From the NCBI RefSeq assembly GCF_030684315.1, contig NC_081365.1, forward strand, positions 39,089,830-39,153,829: a stretch of DNA of 64,000 bases. Reading direction: 5' to 3'. The stretch comes from Stegostoma tigrinum (Eukaryota). The notes under the pieces were generated by a model. That model did not search any database, had not been told where the DNA came from, and saw only the letters and a program-made list of their open reading frames with translations. A program made the translations under genes and the position numbers. Within the stretch, counting starts at the first letter, position 1; the number at the start of each line of letters is the position of its first letter. Below, piece after piece: positions 12,261-25,486 of the stretch.

Positions 12261-13061
12261 GACATTAGTAGCAATATCTTTCAAGATCCTAGAATGAAGT
12301 CCATCTGAACCTGAAGACCTGTCAGCCCACAGTTTCATCAGTTTGCCTATTACCACTTCCCTTGAGACTGCAATTTCACGAAGTTCTTTTCTCTTTTCCA
12401 CCTCATGATTTCAGCCAAAGTGGAATTTCTTTTTCTATCCTCTATAGTGAAGACAGAAGTAAATATTTGTTCATTTCATTTTCTTATTATCTACTATTAA
12501 CACCCTACTTTTGTTCTTGAGAGAACTCTCTATTTTTACTCTTTTCCCTTTTAAATACCTATAGAAATTCATACTGCTACATTTTAAGCTAACTTCATCT
12601 CATACTGTGATTTCTTCCACTTTGTTAACCAGTTCCACATGCTGTGCCATTTTTATATTCTGACAAGTCATTTGACCTTTTACTCAACTGTGCAGATATA
12701 TACCTTTTCCTTAAGTTTGGTGCATCTGCTATCATTATCAATCAGCCATGAATGGTGGGATTCCTTTAATAATTTTTCCTTTATAGTTTCATACTTATTC
12801 TGAAATATCCCCTTAAATACCAGAGGTTGCTTCTGGATTGATCATCCCCTAGTCAAGGATGCCGGTTTACTTTAGCTAGATCAGCTTTCATGTCCAGAGT
12901 GGTCCTTACTTCGGTTTAAAATACTAGTCTCAGACACAACTGTTTCCCATTCAAGCTGAAAATGTAACATTCAATCCAATTGTGCTCACTGTTACCTTGA
13001 AAGGTCCCTTCATTCTAAGGTCATTAATTAATCTTGTCATATCGCACACAGTAAGAATTTT

Positions 13062-13595
13062 GATATAATAAAATGTGAGGCTGGATGAACACAGCAGGCC
13101 AAACAGCATCTCAGGAGCACAAAAGCTGACGTTTCGGGCCTAGACCCTTCATCAGAGAGGGGGATGGGGAGAGGGAACTGGAATAAATAGGGAGAGGGGG
13201 GGAGGCGGACCGAAGATGGAGAGAAAAGAAGATAGGTGGAGAGAGTGTAGGTGGGGAGGTAGGGAGGGGATAGGTCAGTCCAGGGAAGACGGACAGGTCA
13301 AGGAGGTGGGATGAGGTTAGTAGGTAGCTGGGGGTGCGGCTTGGGGTGGGAGGAAGGGATGGGTGAGAGGAAGAACAGGTTAGGGAGGCAGAGACAGGTT
13401 GGACTGGTTTTGGGATGCAGTGGGGGGGGGGGGGGGAAGAGCTGGGCTGGTTGTGTGGTGCAGTGGGGGGAGGGGACGAACTGGGCTGGTTTAGGGATGC
13501 AGTAGGGGAAGGGGAGATTTTGAAACTGGTGAAGTCCACATTGATACCATATGGCTGCAGGGTTCCCAGGCGGAATATGAGTTGCTGTTCCTGCA
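13062..13595 (-). mobile_element. Penelope-like element, 3' fragment with hammerhead core at 13128-13155
   Basis: Nearly identical to 59427-59953 in the opposite orientation; encodes the C-terminal QEQQLIFRLGTLQPYGIN. Confidence 0.95.
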
Positions 13596-15652
13596 TATAA
13601 CCTGTTTTCTCATCATTTCCAGAAATGTGCTGCTCTAAGGATCAAAATAAAATAATCTATTCCCCCATCTCAGTATCAGCACTCTGGTCTCATTCTGAAA
13701 CATGTGGGCTGCTGATGTCATCAGTCAAACTCGAGTCCTTTCATAAATGGGGTTTGGGCATTTCATGTGAACTCTTGCTGTTACATTGGTATTTTTATGG
13801 TGATAATCCACGCATGTTTGATGCAAGCACAGTCCACAAATCAAAAGAATAAAGCTTAATATTTTGAAATTAGTTTATTAAATAGGTTAAAACACAGAGT
13901 TAGCGCATTACATGTAATTTAAAATTCAAGCTTTAAAAGTCTGACGAACACAGGAAGGTTTAAAAAAAACAAAATCATAATAAAGTATATAAGGAAAGGC
14001 CTGATAATTTTTTTAAAAATCCAGCACTTCAATGTAACACAAATTGTTTCAGGCTTCAAAGAGTCAATTGTTTGTCATGGTCCATTGTCTTGATTAATCA
14101 AAACATTGTAAATTGAGCAGAGCCAATACAAAGGTATCTACATAAGTAGCACGTTGTGTTCATCTAAGTTAGTATAAAAAAAGTAGACAATAAAACAACA
14201 TCTCACACAAACTGATGGATTTTCATGTGCGTAGTCCATCACCCATGTTTGCCAATCTCTGGCAGCCATGATGAAGTTCCTATTCACAGCAAGTATCCTA
14301 CTATTAGGATTTATGCCTCTCCTAGCATCATTTACTTGCCACACTATCACATCTTGGGTATCCTTCCGCATCCCACTCCCCACTCAGCCCAAGAGTTGTT
14401 AGTCAGAGGCCAGCAGCTCTGCAATTTTGGTTCTGCAATAATGGCATTGTCACCAACAGTGACAGCTACTGCTCGCATTACAGTTAGTTAATGGAACGGA
14501 GAGTTCCATACCACCACCAGACTCCTCCCTCGGCTCCTTGATACTGGGTCCCTCTATCATGCACAGATGACAGGTGCCTCCACTTGTTGCTAGCTGAATA
14601 CCAATGATGATCTTATGAGGCACTTGAGTGGTTGTTTAAGAGCCTTGATTGCTTTCTGGACAACGGCTGCCAACCTGAACCTAAAATACACTGTTTACAG
14701 TGCAATGGTTGAAGTTAGTTTTAAGTATTTCAAACTGGCACAAAGCCGGTATTAAAAAAAAAACAGCTGTATGATTGAGATTATTTGAAATTTATAAAAT
14801 TGATTTAATTTTAATTGTGACTTCAGTATTGAGATCACTAAAGTTAAATCAATAAGTAAGAGCTAAACATCCATTCAGTATGATTCCATATTAATATAAA
14901 ATATGGATGCAAAATACGTATAATCTAATATAAACAAATTCACATACAAAATTATTGTGTTATAGATTGGGTACATTTCCACAAACAGCAGACACAATGT
15001 CTCCTTACCCAGATTTTTATTTCAAAATAAACATGCACCATTTAGTCAGAAAAAGTTCTGAATAAAACCAAGTTCAATTGAATCCATTGTTTGCTATCAC
15101 CAAAGTATATCACAGTATCCCATACAGCAATTTACATTCATTTCTCTCAGGCCTTGGTTTCTTGATCATACCTCCATTATTTTCAAGTGGTTTTTGTGCA
15201 TCATAACAAAAATGCATTGCTTCTAGTACAAGGTAATGCCATTTAAAAACGAGATCCTTTATTTTATTACACTGTGCTGCAGAGTATTCATTTGTGAAAT
15301 CTGAAATAAAAGTACATTGTTACCCCCTTGTTATTACTATAATGCAGAACTCAATATTTGAATCGGTGCTGGTTCAGTGAATGTTCAAGTTACTTCTCTT
15401 GGGATTATAACTGATAAATTAGTCAATTTGATAAGATCTGAAAAGTAATTAACAACAGCTAGATCAGAACATCTCTGTCTCTGTCCACATCTTATAATTA
15501 AAAACTATAGCAAACATTAAACTGGCTAAGTTTTGAGCACCCCTGAAGATCACAGATTCTTCCAGATTGGCTGAACAGCCATTACGTCAATGCAATTTCT
15601 TTTTAAAAAAAGATCAATCATAGGTTTGTGGTTTCCATGTCTTGGTTTTTTT

Positions 15653-15801
15653 TTACAGAGCAACAGTTCTAACCAGATTCTGGTAAGAGTTGCTATTTAT
15701 TGTTCCAGAGCATTCTGAATGTTCAGTCAACTTTCCACAACAGGACCAGTGTGGCTGGCCAGGGTGACCTTTGTGCCCATGTCCACAGCCTTGGTACCCA
15801 C
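15653..15801 (-). CDS. TRIM45: TRIM45 last coding exon
   Basis: Acceptor aattggcAG|GT, phase 1. Encodes GYQGCGHGHKGHPGQPHWSCCGKLTEHSECSGTINSNSYQNLVRTVAL*, the characteristic TRIM45 C-terminus. Confidence 0.95.
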
Positions 15802-16264
15802 CTGCCAATTGAATACAAAGAACAAAAAGTTTCACAATACTGTACAATCAGCAATCCCTGTAAATTTCATGCAGTGTCACGTCAGAAACAATGCCCATCA
15901 AACTAACTACATCTCTACCTTCTATAAAAAGGCAAACATTCACGTTCGTTCTATATTCTGAATTTTCTCAACAAGTTGTTCCTCCATGAGCTGGATGGAG
16001 CATCATACATAAATAAGTCACCCCTTCCTCCGTGTTCATGTTTAATTACTTTAAAGTAGTCACGGATAACTTTAAAATCAACAAAAAAAGCACCTCCCTT
16101 TTCAGTAGATGATTTTTACACTTTCAAAGGAAATAAATTAGGAAGATTAATAAAAAAAAGTTCTCTTCCAATATTATTTGTGCTATTTCAGTTTCTGTTT
16201 TATTTTTAAGCATTATTTATATAGACTACCAAATCACTTATTACAACCCAGTAAGGATTAAAAC

Positions 16265-16452
16265 ATGAAGGAGAAAACAGAGTTAACATTTTGGGTCCGG
16301 TGACCCTTCCTCAGAAGTTCTAAGTAAGGGTAACCGGGCCCAAAGCGTTAACTCTGTTTTCTCCTTTACAGATGCCGCCAGACCTGCTGAACTTTTCCAG
16401 CAACTTTGTTTTTGTTCCTGATTTACAGCATCTGTAGTTCTTTTGGTTTTTA
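16265..16452. repeat. Palindromic PLE-derived short element (family B) with two degenerate hammerhead cores on opposite strands
   Basis: Inverted arms gaaggagaaaacagagttaac / gttaactctgttttctcc flank gggtccggtgacccttcctcag and ctaagtaagggtaaccgggccc. Confidence 0.7.
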
Positions 16453-16827
16453 TTAAGAACTAAAATGTGACCGGTGAGATGTGTAATTCACTCATAAAGG
16501 CTATCAAAAATATATTAAAGAATCAGCAAGTGTAGGTGATAATGCAGTGTATACAAAAACACACATTGTTGAGGTCTTGGGGATATTAATTATTAAATTG
16601 TATATTAAGTGCTTCATTGCATTCAGGTGGTAAACATTAAAAAGCGTTTTACTTGTGTTTCTCAGAATATAAAGTATAAGAACCTATAGCTGTAGAATTT
16701 GGAGGTCTATATTTGTATTGTGTATCTCTGTAAATGATGTTTTGAATGATTATGCCCTAGTTTTATAATTCACTGTCTGCTTATCTGCAACGGAACAATT
16801 ATAAGTGAGACTTTCTATTAAACTCAC

Positions 16828-16954
16828 CGAGCATTGTGCCTCCGCAACCACAACGGACATCCTTTTGTCCAACACTAGAACAGAATGTGCAGCAATGAAA
16901 TATACCAGTGTGCTTACGGTATTTACTTGTGACTGTTATACTGAATGGAGATCC
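16828..16954 (-). CDS. TRIM45: TRIM45 coding exon 5 (missed by the ORF track)
   Basis: 127 nt, phase 0-1, tttcccAG|GGA...CTCG|gtgagt. Encodes GSPFSITVTSKYRKHTGIFHCCTFCSSVGQKDVRCGCGGTML(G). Confidence 0.95.
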
Positions 16955-17529
16955 CTGGGAAACGAACAGCAGTTACTGAAGTTATATTATACTTAACATT
17001 GAAAAAATTCTTTAATGTTAAAAAAAGCAAAACAAGTGCTTCTTACTGTAAGTTATATGCCCCCTTCTTCAATGCACAGAAGTGACCAAATGTACAGCTA
17101 CTGTACTGAAGGGCAAAATTTCAATTACTGTAATATTCTATCCTGTCCAAGTTTTATTTACAATATTTGTATTAGAGGAATGACAGTTTAAGTCACATTA
17201 TTTTAAATCTACAAACTGGACTACTCCAGAATATGAGAGTTCAAATCACAGCAAAACAATTTAAGAAATTACAGTTTTTGTTTGCTTTCAAGCCTGGAGA
17301 TTGCAGCAAGTGACCGTAAAGCTGTGAGATTGTTGTTAAAAACTCAAATGATGTGGTTTAGGCAGTGGATTCACCTGTACTTACCCAACCTAGCCTAGGG
17401 GTAACTACATTCAGACACCAAAGTGACTGACTTTAATTGCCCTCAGAAATGGCCGTGTAAACCAATGTATCAGCAATTCAAGAAGACAGGGCCTGTGCTG
17501 AAATACAGATTAAAATTGATTTATTTATA

Positions 17530-18060
17530 AGGGATCTCATGTTGAGATTGTACAGGATGTTGGTGAAGTCACTTCTGGAGTACTGTGTGCAGCTCTGGTC
17601 ATCCTGTTATAAGAAGGCTATTATTAAACTGAAGTAGATTCGGGAAAGATTTACCAGGATGTCGCAGGGAACGGAGAGCACAATATAAAAACAAATTGGA
17701 AAGACCGGGACAGGTTTTTCACTGGAGCTTAGGAAGTTAAGGGGTGACCTTGAAGTTTATAAGATCATGAGGGGCATAGACAAAGTGAATGACAAGGGTA
17801 TTTTTCTTAGGGGGCGCGAGTTCAAAACTAGAGGGTGTATTTTTAAGGTGAGAGGAGAAAAATTTTAAAATGATATATGTGGGGCAACCTTTTTTTTAAA
17901 CAAAAATCACAATGTTTCGCGTGTGGATTGAACTGCCAGAGAGAAGTTGTGGAGGAAAATGGGCTGAGCCCTAGCAGATCAGACTAGTTTAGTTTGGGAA
18001 CATGGTTGGCATGGATTGGTAGGACCGAGGGGTCAGTTTCGACACAATAGGACTCTACTG
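17530..18060 (+). mobile_element. CR1 LINE 3' fragment
   Basis: ctggagtactgtgtgcagctctggtc (LEYCVQLW) and a CR1 3' UTR-like sequence. Confidence 0.75.
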
Positions 18061-20741
18061 CCTCTGTCATGAAATATCAGAGATTTGGAAAGATACAAAG
18101 TAAGATTGCAATGAATCAGTCCACAAGGTAGAAAAATATCCTTTTCTAGAGCATACGGACAAATTTGGAAAGGTTTGTTCATAGGGAATACCCAGAAACA
18201 TTAAAATTATAGAAAAAATATGGCACAGAAATGGGACATCCAGCTCAAGCAGCCAATGCTCCATTTATGCTCTACTTAAGCTTTCTTCTGTTCTTCCTTT
18301 TTATCCAACAACATAACCAAAAACAAACAAAAGGGTACTGACAGTCAGAGATTTCAACCATTCCAATTCTAACCAGCATAAAATCAGTGCACAGTGGGCA
18401 CAGGATTCTTTAAAAAACATTCATGGAAACTATTTTAGTGAGTATCAGGAAGCCAGCCAAGTGGAAGCTGTATTATGTGATCAGCATTTTGTTGGTAATG
18501 ATCATAATTCATTGATACTTACTATAAAAAAAGTTCAAAGATAGATCTAGCGAAAAAGTTGTCAATTGGCACAAGGTCAATTTTACAAAGCTGAGATATG
18601 TTTTAACAAATATGTTTGAGAAACAACAACTTGAAGGTGACATTCAAAAAGAAGATTGTGAAGGTATAGCGCAAGTATGTTCTCACAGATAAAGGCTGAG
18701 ACTCTCAAATCTAGGGCCTTTGGGCAATCCATGAGTATGCAAGATAAGATGAGGAAAAAGTGAAAGCTTGTAGCAGATGCTGAGAACTCAATAGTGCAGA
18801 GAGACTCAAAGGGTACAAGAGATATAAGAGTTGAAATATTTTTCAAAATATTAGAAAAACAGAGCAAATGAGATATTATTGGCAAGTAAAATCCAATGAT
18901 ATTTGTAAATACAAAAACAAAGTGATATGTCGGACCTATTAGAACTTAAAATTATAACTGGGCTGTGGAGGTGAAAAATTGGGCCATGTTTATATCTGTT
19001 TTGCCAAAAGAGGGAAATGATCTAAACACTGTCGTCATCGATGAGGAAGGAAATGAAATACAATGTGGTAAGCATGAGAGATGAATTAAGATAATCATCA
19101 TCTTTGAAAGTAGATAAGTTACCAGTCCTAGATGAGACATATTTCAGACTGCTAAGAAAAGCCGGGCGAGGAATTATTGAAAGCTCTGACTATCATTTTC
19201 CAATCCTCTCTGTCTACTCAAAAGATTTTAAAACATTTAAAGGTCACCATCAGCATTCTTTTTGCAAGAAAGAAACAAACAAAACAATTTTACATAAATG
19301 CTTCATAGAATCAGTCAAAGCAGAATTTCTGCTTTGCCAAATCCTCAGTTCAATTATCCATTTAAATGAGATAAAGATTATAAAGATTTTAATTTTTCTT
19401 TAAAATGAGGTAGCATATCAAATCGAAAATTTTTGTGGGTCGTTGCTTCTGTGACAAAGCTTGTGAATTGAAAACGTGTGTTTGGGTTGCAGTGGTCTTG
19501 AAATCTCGAATTTCTAAAGATCCAACTGATCACGTTGATCCAGGTTTGGCTTCTCCTATTGCATTATTTTGTTTGTTCAGTACTTTGTTGTTTGTTAATG
19601 GCATTTTGCAATTAAATCTAAATTTAATTACTTCTTTTGTGCAAAGTAGACAAAACACAAGGGCTGTTAGCAGAAGATAAGAGAACCAAGTGTGTCTTAA
19701 ACTTCAAATCGTGAAAGATCAGAACACACAGTTAATTGAAGATAAGTAGGAATCTTGCAAGCATTGGAAAGAATTAGAAGGCTTTATACAAGATGCAGAG
19801 TATTCAGCTCTGCGCTAAATGCCTTCTGCAATTAGCCTGAGTAATGGGGCAATTGCACCTCACTCTAGACAAGCTGACAAAGCAGGTTTTTCATGTAACT
19901 TCTTAAAATACTCATGGGTTGTCAGAGTTTTAGTTACTTTTTATTGATTAATTTATAGAATGTGGACAACACTGGCAATTATTTACTGTCAATCACCAAG
20001 TGTGCTTTAGAAGGTATGCACACACAACGCTAGGGAAAAAAAAAGTTAGGGATTTGGCAACGATGGGGCAATAGTCATAGGTTTGAAAATCAAGAAAGTG
20101 TGATACTTGGATGGGAATTTCAGGTGTGGTGTTCCTGTGTACCTACTGCTCTTGTTGTTCTAGGCACTAGAAGTTATCACTTTGAATTGTGCTGTCAAAA
20201 CTGTCTTTCTGAATTGTTGTCATGCACCTTACGGATAATATACACTCTACTCATGATCAGCTGGTGGTGGAGCAAGTGAATAATTGTTTGGCAGTACAGA
20301 ACTGAAACCCTATTTAAAAAGGAGCTAAGCGGCAAAGCTTTTTTGTCTTGAACTCATTGGAACTTGGAACAAGGCGGAACACTAATTTCTACTGCCTGAG
20401 AAGTGGGTTGTGATTGGTTGGGCCATTGTTGGCATGAAGATACAGCACAAACAGTTAACTGTCTATTTTCATTCTTAGAACAAACAGGCAGAGTCTTATT
20501 TGTCAGGGTGTTGTTGTGGGAGTGTCACAGAAATTGGCAGGCATCATTCCCCTATTGCCAATTAAAAAGTAGCAATGAATACGCAAAATCATTTTGCCTA
20601 CATAGAATAGCATCCTGTGTTAATATACACTGAGTCCATCATGTGCCCGACTAATCATTTTAAAGGGTTCCTAGTGTAAATTCTTAGCACAGTCTGTATG
20701 ATATAGTTACTAGTCGTCCTTAGGTTGCTGGTTTTAATAGG

Positions 20742-21070
20742 AGGTATGGTGGCTCAATGCTTCGTACTGCTGCCTCACAGCGCTAGGGGCTTCGATTCTA
20801 GCCTCGGGCAACTGTCTGTGTGGAGTTTGCACATTCTCCCTGTGTCTGCGTGGGTTTCTTCCGGGTGCTCCGGTTTCCTCCCACAGTCCAAAAATGTGAA
20901 GTTTAGATGGATTGGCCATGCCAAATTGCCCAGGGATGTTTAGGTTAGGTGGGCTAGGTGTGGGGAAAGCGGAAAGCAGGGGGATGGGTTTGAGTGGAAT
21001 GCTCTTCGTAGGGGGAGTGTGGACTTGTTGGGCCAAAATGGCCTGTTTCCACACTGTAGGGATTCTATGA
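20742..21070 (+). mobile_element. HE1-type V-SINE, full length
   Basis: Same head, core and tail as 11012-11318. Confidence 0.9.
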
Positions 21071-21089
21071 ATTTGATAAATGCAAATGG

Positions 21090-21290
21090 CATTTCTGACT
21101 GGTTGTCAGGAGGCATTTCAGAACTTAAAAGCCATGTTAACCACAGCACCAGTTTTAGCCACACCAAACTTCTTGAAACCCTTTACAGTTGCTATTGATG
21201 CCAGTGATGTAGGGGTTTGAGCTGTGTTGATGCAGGAAGATGATGGAGGAATTTGAAAAGTCCACCAGAGAAAATACTCCACTTCAGTAT
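21090..21290 (+). mobile_element. Gypsy/Ty3 LTR-retrotransposon RT-RNase H fragment
   Basis: Translates to TTAPVLATPNFLKPFTVAIDASDVGV*AVLMQEDD. Confidence 0.7.
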
Positions 21291-22091
21291 CTGAGGAGTC
21301 GCAAATGATGCTGCGTATTTTGCAAACATCCCCTCTTCTTAACCTTATGATGGAGGGAAAGTCACTGATAAAGCTGAAAATGATTGGGTTCAGGACATCT
21401 ATCTTGAGGACCTCCAGAGTGATGTCTTGGAGCCCAGATGATTCAGCTCCAACAACCCCATTTACAAACCCATTAGTTTACCTCAGTCATCAACAACTGA
21501 TAAAATGGTATCAATGACAGTGCCATCCCATTAGTGACGCCAAGTTTAGGTTCTATCAGGGCCACTCAGCTGATAAACTCATCACAGCTTTGCTCCAAAC
21601 TGGAAGAGAGTTGAACCAAAAATAAATGCCTTTAACATCAAATCAACATTTGGTCAACATGAACCAACATTAAAAAAAGAGAAGGGTGAAGTTGCTGCAA
21701 AGATTTCAGTGCTGTAAAACAGCCCACTAAAATAATCTAACTCAGAACAAAAATAAAGAAACACAGAAAAAGAAGAAAAAGAAAAAGAAAAAAAAAAATC
21801 ACTTATACTTCACTCTCCATACCATATAATGAGCCACAAAACAACAGTGCTTCTAATTCAATATCCTTGGGGCATTTTTTGAGCAAAGTGTAAATCAGAA
21901 GTGTATATTTTACATAATTACATGCATGCTTTCTAGAGACAAGCATATCTAGGAGGTTAGATGCAACTAGAAAACCCACTTAGAAACACAAGAACTATTT
22001 TAAACCCTTAAAAGCTGCATTCAAGCCAGGATCCAAAAGGTATGAAGAGCCAAGTCAACTTACACCCTTGTGACCTCAATATGTAACTCAC

Positions 22092-22206
22092 TTGTACATG
22101 CTGTCCCTTCATACAGACATATCCCTCATACAAGCCTGACACCCGAGGAGTGTACGTAAATTGATAAGTTCCATCATGATTGTCGTGTAGTATTGTCTTG
22201 AGAGTG
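22092..22206 (-). CDS. TRIM45: TRIM45 coding exon 4 (filamin repeat; missed by the ORF track)
   Basis: 115 nt, phase 2-0, ctctcatgcAG|C...CAA|gtgagt. Encodes TLKTILHDNHDGTYQFTYTPRVSGLYEGYVCMKGQHVQ. Confidence 0.95.
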
Positions 22207-23415
22207 CTGCATGAGAGAGAAGCAAAGTATTCACAAGTTTTCCATTCAGTTAAACAATAGATTACTGTTGAGGTATTTTAGGATTAAAGATTTCTTTTTA
22301 AAAGCACGCAAATATAGGTGAGGAAAACACGGTTTCCCGAACATCTGGATTACTCAATCTGTGATTGAAATGTAAAGTAGGCAACTGGTCTTATTTCAAC
22401 ATTCAAGGTGGAACGTTTCTTAAGAATTTTGAACTTCAGTTCAATATTTCTCGGGATGACCCAACAATAACTTGTAAGGTTATACAAATTAAATACAGTA
22501 GTACATTCAGTCATTGAAGCCCCACATAATAGGAGCAATATGGAGCATTGCATATGCTATGTACACTTTGTTGGGAGAAAAAAAAGGCGACTTTGGACTT
22601 AAGTTGAGTAAGATTTTCCACGATAGAGACTTTTTGAGCTCAAGTCTGGGTCTGTTATATAGAATCTAGCTGTCATGATTAATCAACAATTCTAATATCA
22701 TTATATCATGGATTGCACCAGGATCAGGACAGTGGTGGCCGAATTGGGATTTTGGCCTTTTTGCCCATGTAGCAATGCTGGATTTCTCATGTTCCTATGA
22801 AGGAATCTGTAGAAGCATCCAGAGAAAACAGCAAGTCTTTTAAAAGGAAATGAAAGCATTGCTTGTCAGCTGCTTTCAATGTTTCATTATTAGCTACAAA
22901 ATCAGCTTGAACAAGAAAGTAAGACTTGAATGACATCAACCAAAGATGCAAGTATGTTGTGAATAGCCAGTACAATAAATATAAGCAGATAATTAATTTT
23001 AGTCAATGGGGAATGTTTAGGACGATAAGCAATTTTAAAAAAAACTACTTCTCAAAAGATTTGAGAACTATTCATTCAGGAAATATCTTTAAGTAACTTT
23101 GACCATTTAAGTCAATGAGTTGTTTTCAAAGGATTCAGGAACAGATACATTGAGGAATCATCTGTAATTTGCACCTTTGTTAAGCAAACTAGGGTACGTA
23201 AAAGAACACTGCGCAATGGACAGACAATCTGGGCCAGTCAGTCATTTTTTTCCCCCAAAGTAGACAGTAGATGCACATAGGGACCCCTCAGAATTCCTCT
23301 ATGGGATGGATGAGCTGTTCAATAACCCAAACTTAACTCACTTTGTGTAGTATTAGTGCCGCATTTTGTCATGCAGTAATTTATGGCACAGTTAACCCTT
23401 GCACAAATCACTCAC

Positions 23416-23545
23416 CATTCTTTATTCTTCTTGTTGTAGATGCTGACCTGAATGGATTCGCCTCCTCGCCCTATCTGCTGCCCGGATTGGTCATTACAGA
23501 CCAGAACAAATACACTTGGCTGGTCTTGCCAAGCCACACGGAGGC
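23416..23545 (-). CDS. TRIM45: TRIM45 coding exon 3 (filamin repeat)
   Basis: 130 nt, phase 1-2, cacactcAG|GC...GAATG|gtgagt. Encodes GLRVAWQDQPSVFVLVCNDQSGQQIGRGGESIQVSIYNKKNKE. Confidence 0.95.
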
Positions 23546-23809
23546 CTGAGTGTGAGCAAGTTAAATTGTATTTTGATGAATTCATTGGTGTACGCACATA
23601 AACAATTAACACAATAAATAGATAAACACACAAAATCACGTATTCCTACAGGCCCCACTTGCCCTGAAATAACAGAAATCATGAATTTTATCCATGTGAC
23701 TCCATGCACAGCGAAAGCCTGGTTTGTATGCCACACCCTGACACCATACTGACTTGAAGGTGCTGGAGATCCCTTGTCTCAACACAGGACAGGAACAGTT
23801 CAAACTGAA

Positions 23810-23995
23810 AGAACTGCAGATGCTGCAAATCAAACAAGAAATAGAAAGTGCTGGAAAAGCTCAGCAGGTCTGGCAGCATCTGTGGAGAGAAATCAGAGTT
23901 CTGAGGAAGGATCATTTGACCCGAAACGTTAACAGATTTCCATAGATGCTGCCAGACCTGCTGAGCTTTTTCAGCAATTTCTAATTTTTGTTACA
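23810..23995 (+). repeat. Hairpin PLE-derived element (family B) with hammerhead core at 23901-23930
   Basis: Long inverted arms (gctcagcaggtctggcagcatct / agatgctgccagacctgctgagc) close CTGAGGA-AGGATCATTTGACCC-GAAAC-GTT. Confidence 0.8.
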
Positions 23996-24499
23996 GGAAC
24001 ATTTCACCTCCCCGTCCCTTGGCTCGCAAGAAATTTAACAGCATGTTGCCATTTCCGTTCTCTTAGCTACAGTTGTCTGCTTTGTCATAGAAAATTCTGC
24101 AATTCAATCTCCATCCTCCCGCAACCAGCTCACATTCTAAATGAAATATCTTGTTTCCTTCCACAACGTGCCAGCAACCCACTGAAAAGGCAGCCCAATA
24201 GTTTTCACAATGCTGCCTGTGGCACTGGCAGGCCATATTTAGACAAACAAGATGATAGGCAATAAAGTTTTCACCAGACATCAGTGAGCATGTTCTAAAT
24301 TTCAGTCAGTTGCAGTAAACAGGAAAAACAGAGTGACAGCCTACAATATGTAGGATTTCAATCTAGCAATTCAAATGTTTTAAACAACCTCAGACATATT
24401 CCTTGCTGAGCAACTTTTAGACACGGGGTGGAAGTCACACACACTGTAAGCAGCAAAAATACATCAAGTCACTATGGAAACTGGGCTCGCTATTTTATA

Positions 24500-24722
24500 T
24501 AACACGGTGTGAAGCTGGATGAACACAGCAGGCCGAGCAGCATCAGAGGAGCAGGAAAGCTTGACATTTCCAGTTGGGACCCTTCTTCAGAAAAGAGAAG
24601 AAGGGTCCCAACCTGAAACGTCAAGCTTTCCTGCTCCTGATGCTGCTTGGCCAGCTGTGTCCATCCAGCTTCACACCGTGTTATCTCAGATTCTCCAGCA
24701 TTGGCAGTTCCTACTATCTCTG
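24500..24722. repeat. Palindromic PLE-terminus element (family A variant)
   Basis: Inverted copies of the PLE 3' terminus meet at two degenerate hammerhead cores (gggacccttcttcag / gaagggtcccaacctgaaacgtc). Confidence 0.75.
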
Positions 24723-25178
24723 TCACTATTTTACATGTCTGTAAGTGGAACATGGTTACTTACCTTCCTGCCCTGTTGGTTACTATTGATGGAGTTCATA
24801 CAGGCAAATTTACTGCTATATAAGAACAAAACTCCACGCTACTTGTTATTGAGAGGCAATTGCTTGCAACAAAAAGATTTGACCCGCATCTCCTGTTGAC
24901 TTTGATTATAAAAGGCAGCAGGGAAACCCAGTTTGTGCATTAAACTAAGTTACAAGTAATTAAGGTTAAGTTTTACCATTAAAACAAAGCTACGCATTCT
25001 GACAGTGCATTGAGAAGAGTCAATTGAGGAAAAGAAAATTCCACCGTATCGATTAAGTACGTAATTAAAGCCCTCACTGATGTTTCATTATTGCTATTTT
25101 ATTCTTCTATCAATTTTGCTGTGAATGTCTGAAGGACTACAGGCCAGCTCGGGCTAAAAAAAGAAAAGATCTGATACG

Positions 25179-25242
25179 GTGTGTGTGCGTGTGCGCGTGT
25201 GAGCGCGAGAGGGAGAGAGAGTGCAAGCGAGCAAGAGCGAGA
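25179..25242. repeat. Compound (TG)/(CG)/(GA) microsatellite
   Basis: gtgtgtgtgcgtgtgcgcgtgtgagcgcgagagggagagagagtg. Confidence 0.8.
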
Positions 25243-25380
25243 GGCCGGGCCTGGAGGAGAGTTGAAGCCTTCATTACAGGGTTTTAACAGTCACCCCACC
25301 CTGCTCTTTCTCCCCTGAAACAGTATGGTATTTGAATAGATAGCAGAGGTCACCCAATGGACAAGGAGGTGAATTGATTC

Positions 25381-25486
25381 TGTAACAAAAATAGAAATTG
25401 CTGAAAAAGATCAGCAGGTCTGGCAGCATCTATGGAAATCTGTTAACGTTTCGGGTCAAATGACCCTTCCTCAGAAATCTGATTTC
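25381..25486 (-). repeat. Family-B element with an intact hammerhead core (25445-25474), inverted copy of 23889-23995
   Basis: The minus strand reads CTGAGGA-A-GGGTCA[TT]TGACCC-GAAAC-GTT. Confidence 0.8.

Noticed and set aside
14138-14685. Exon-like GC-richer block with an acceptor near 14681, downstream of TRIM45
   Set aside because: The frame checked closes early and there is no recognisable protein; probably a decayed repeat or UTR.
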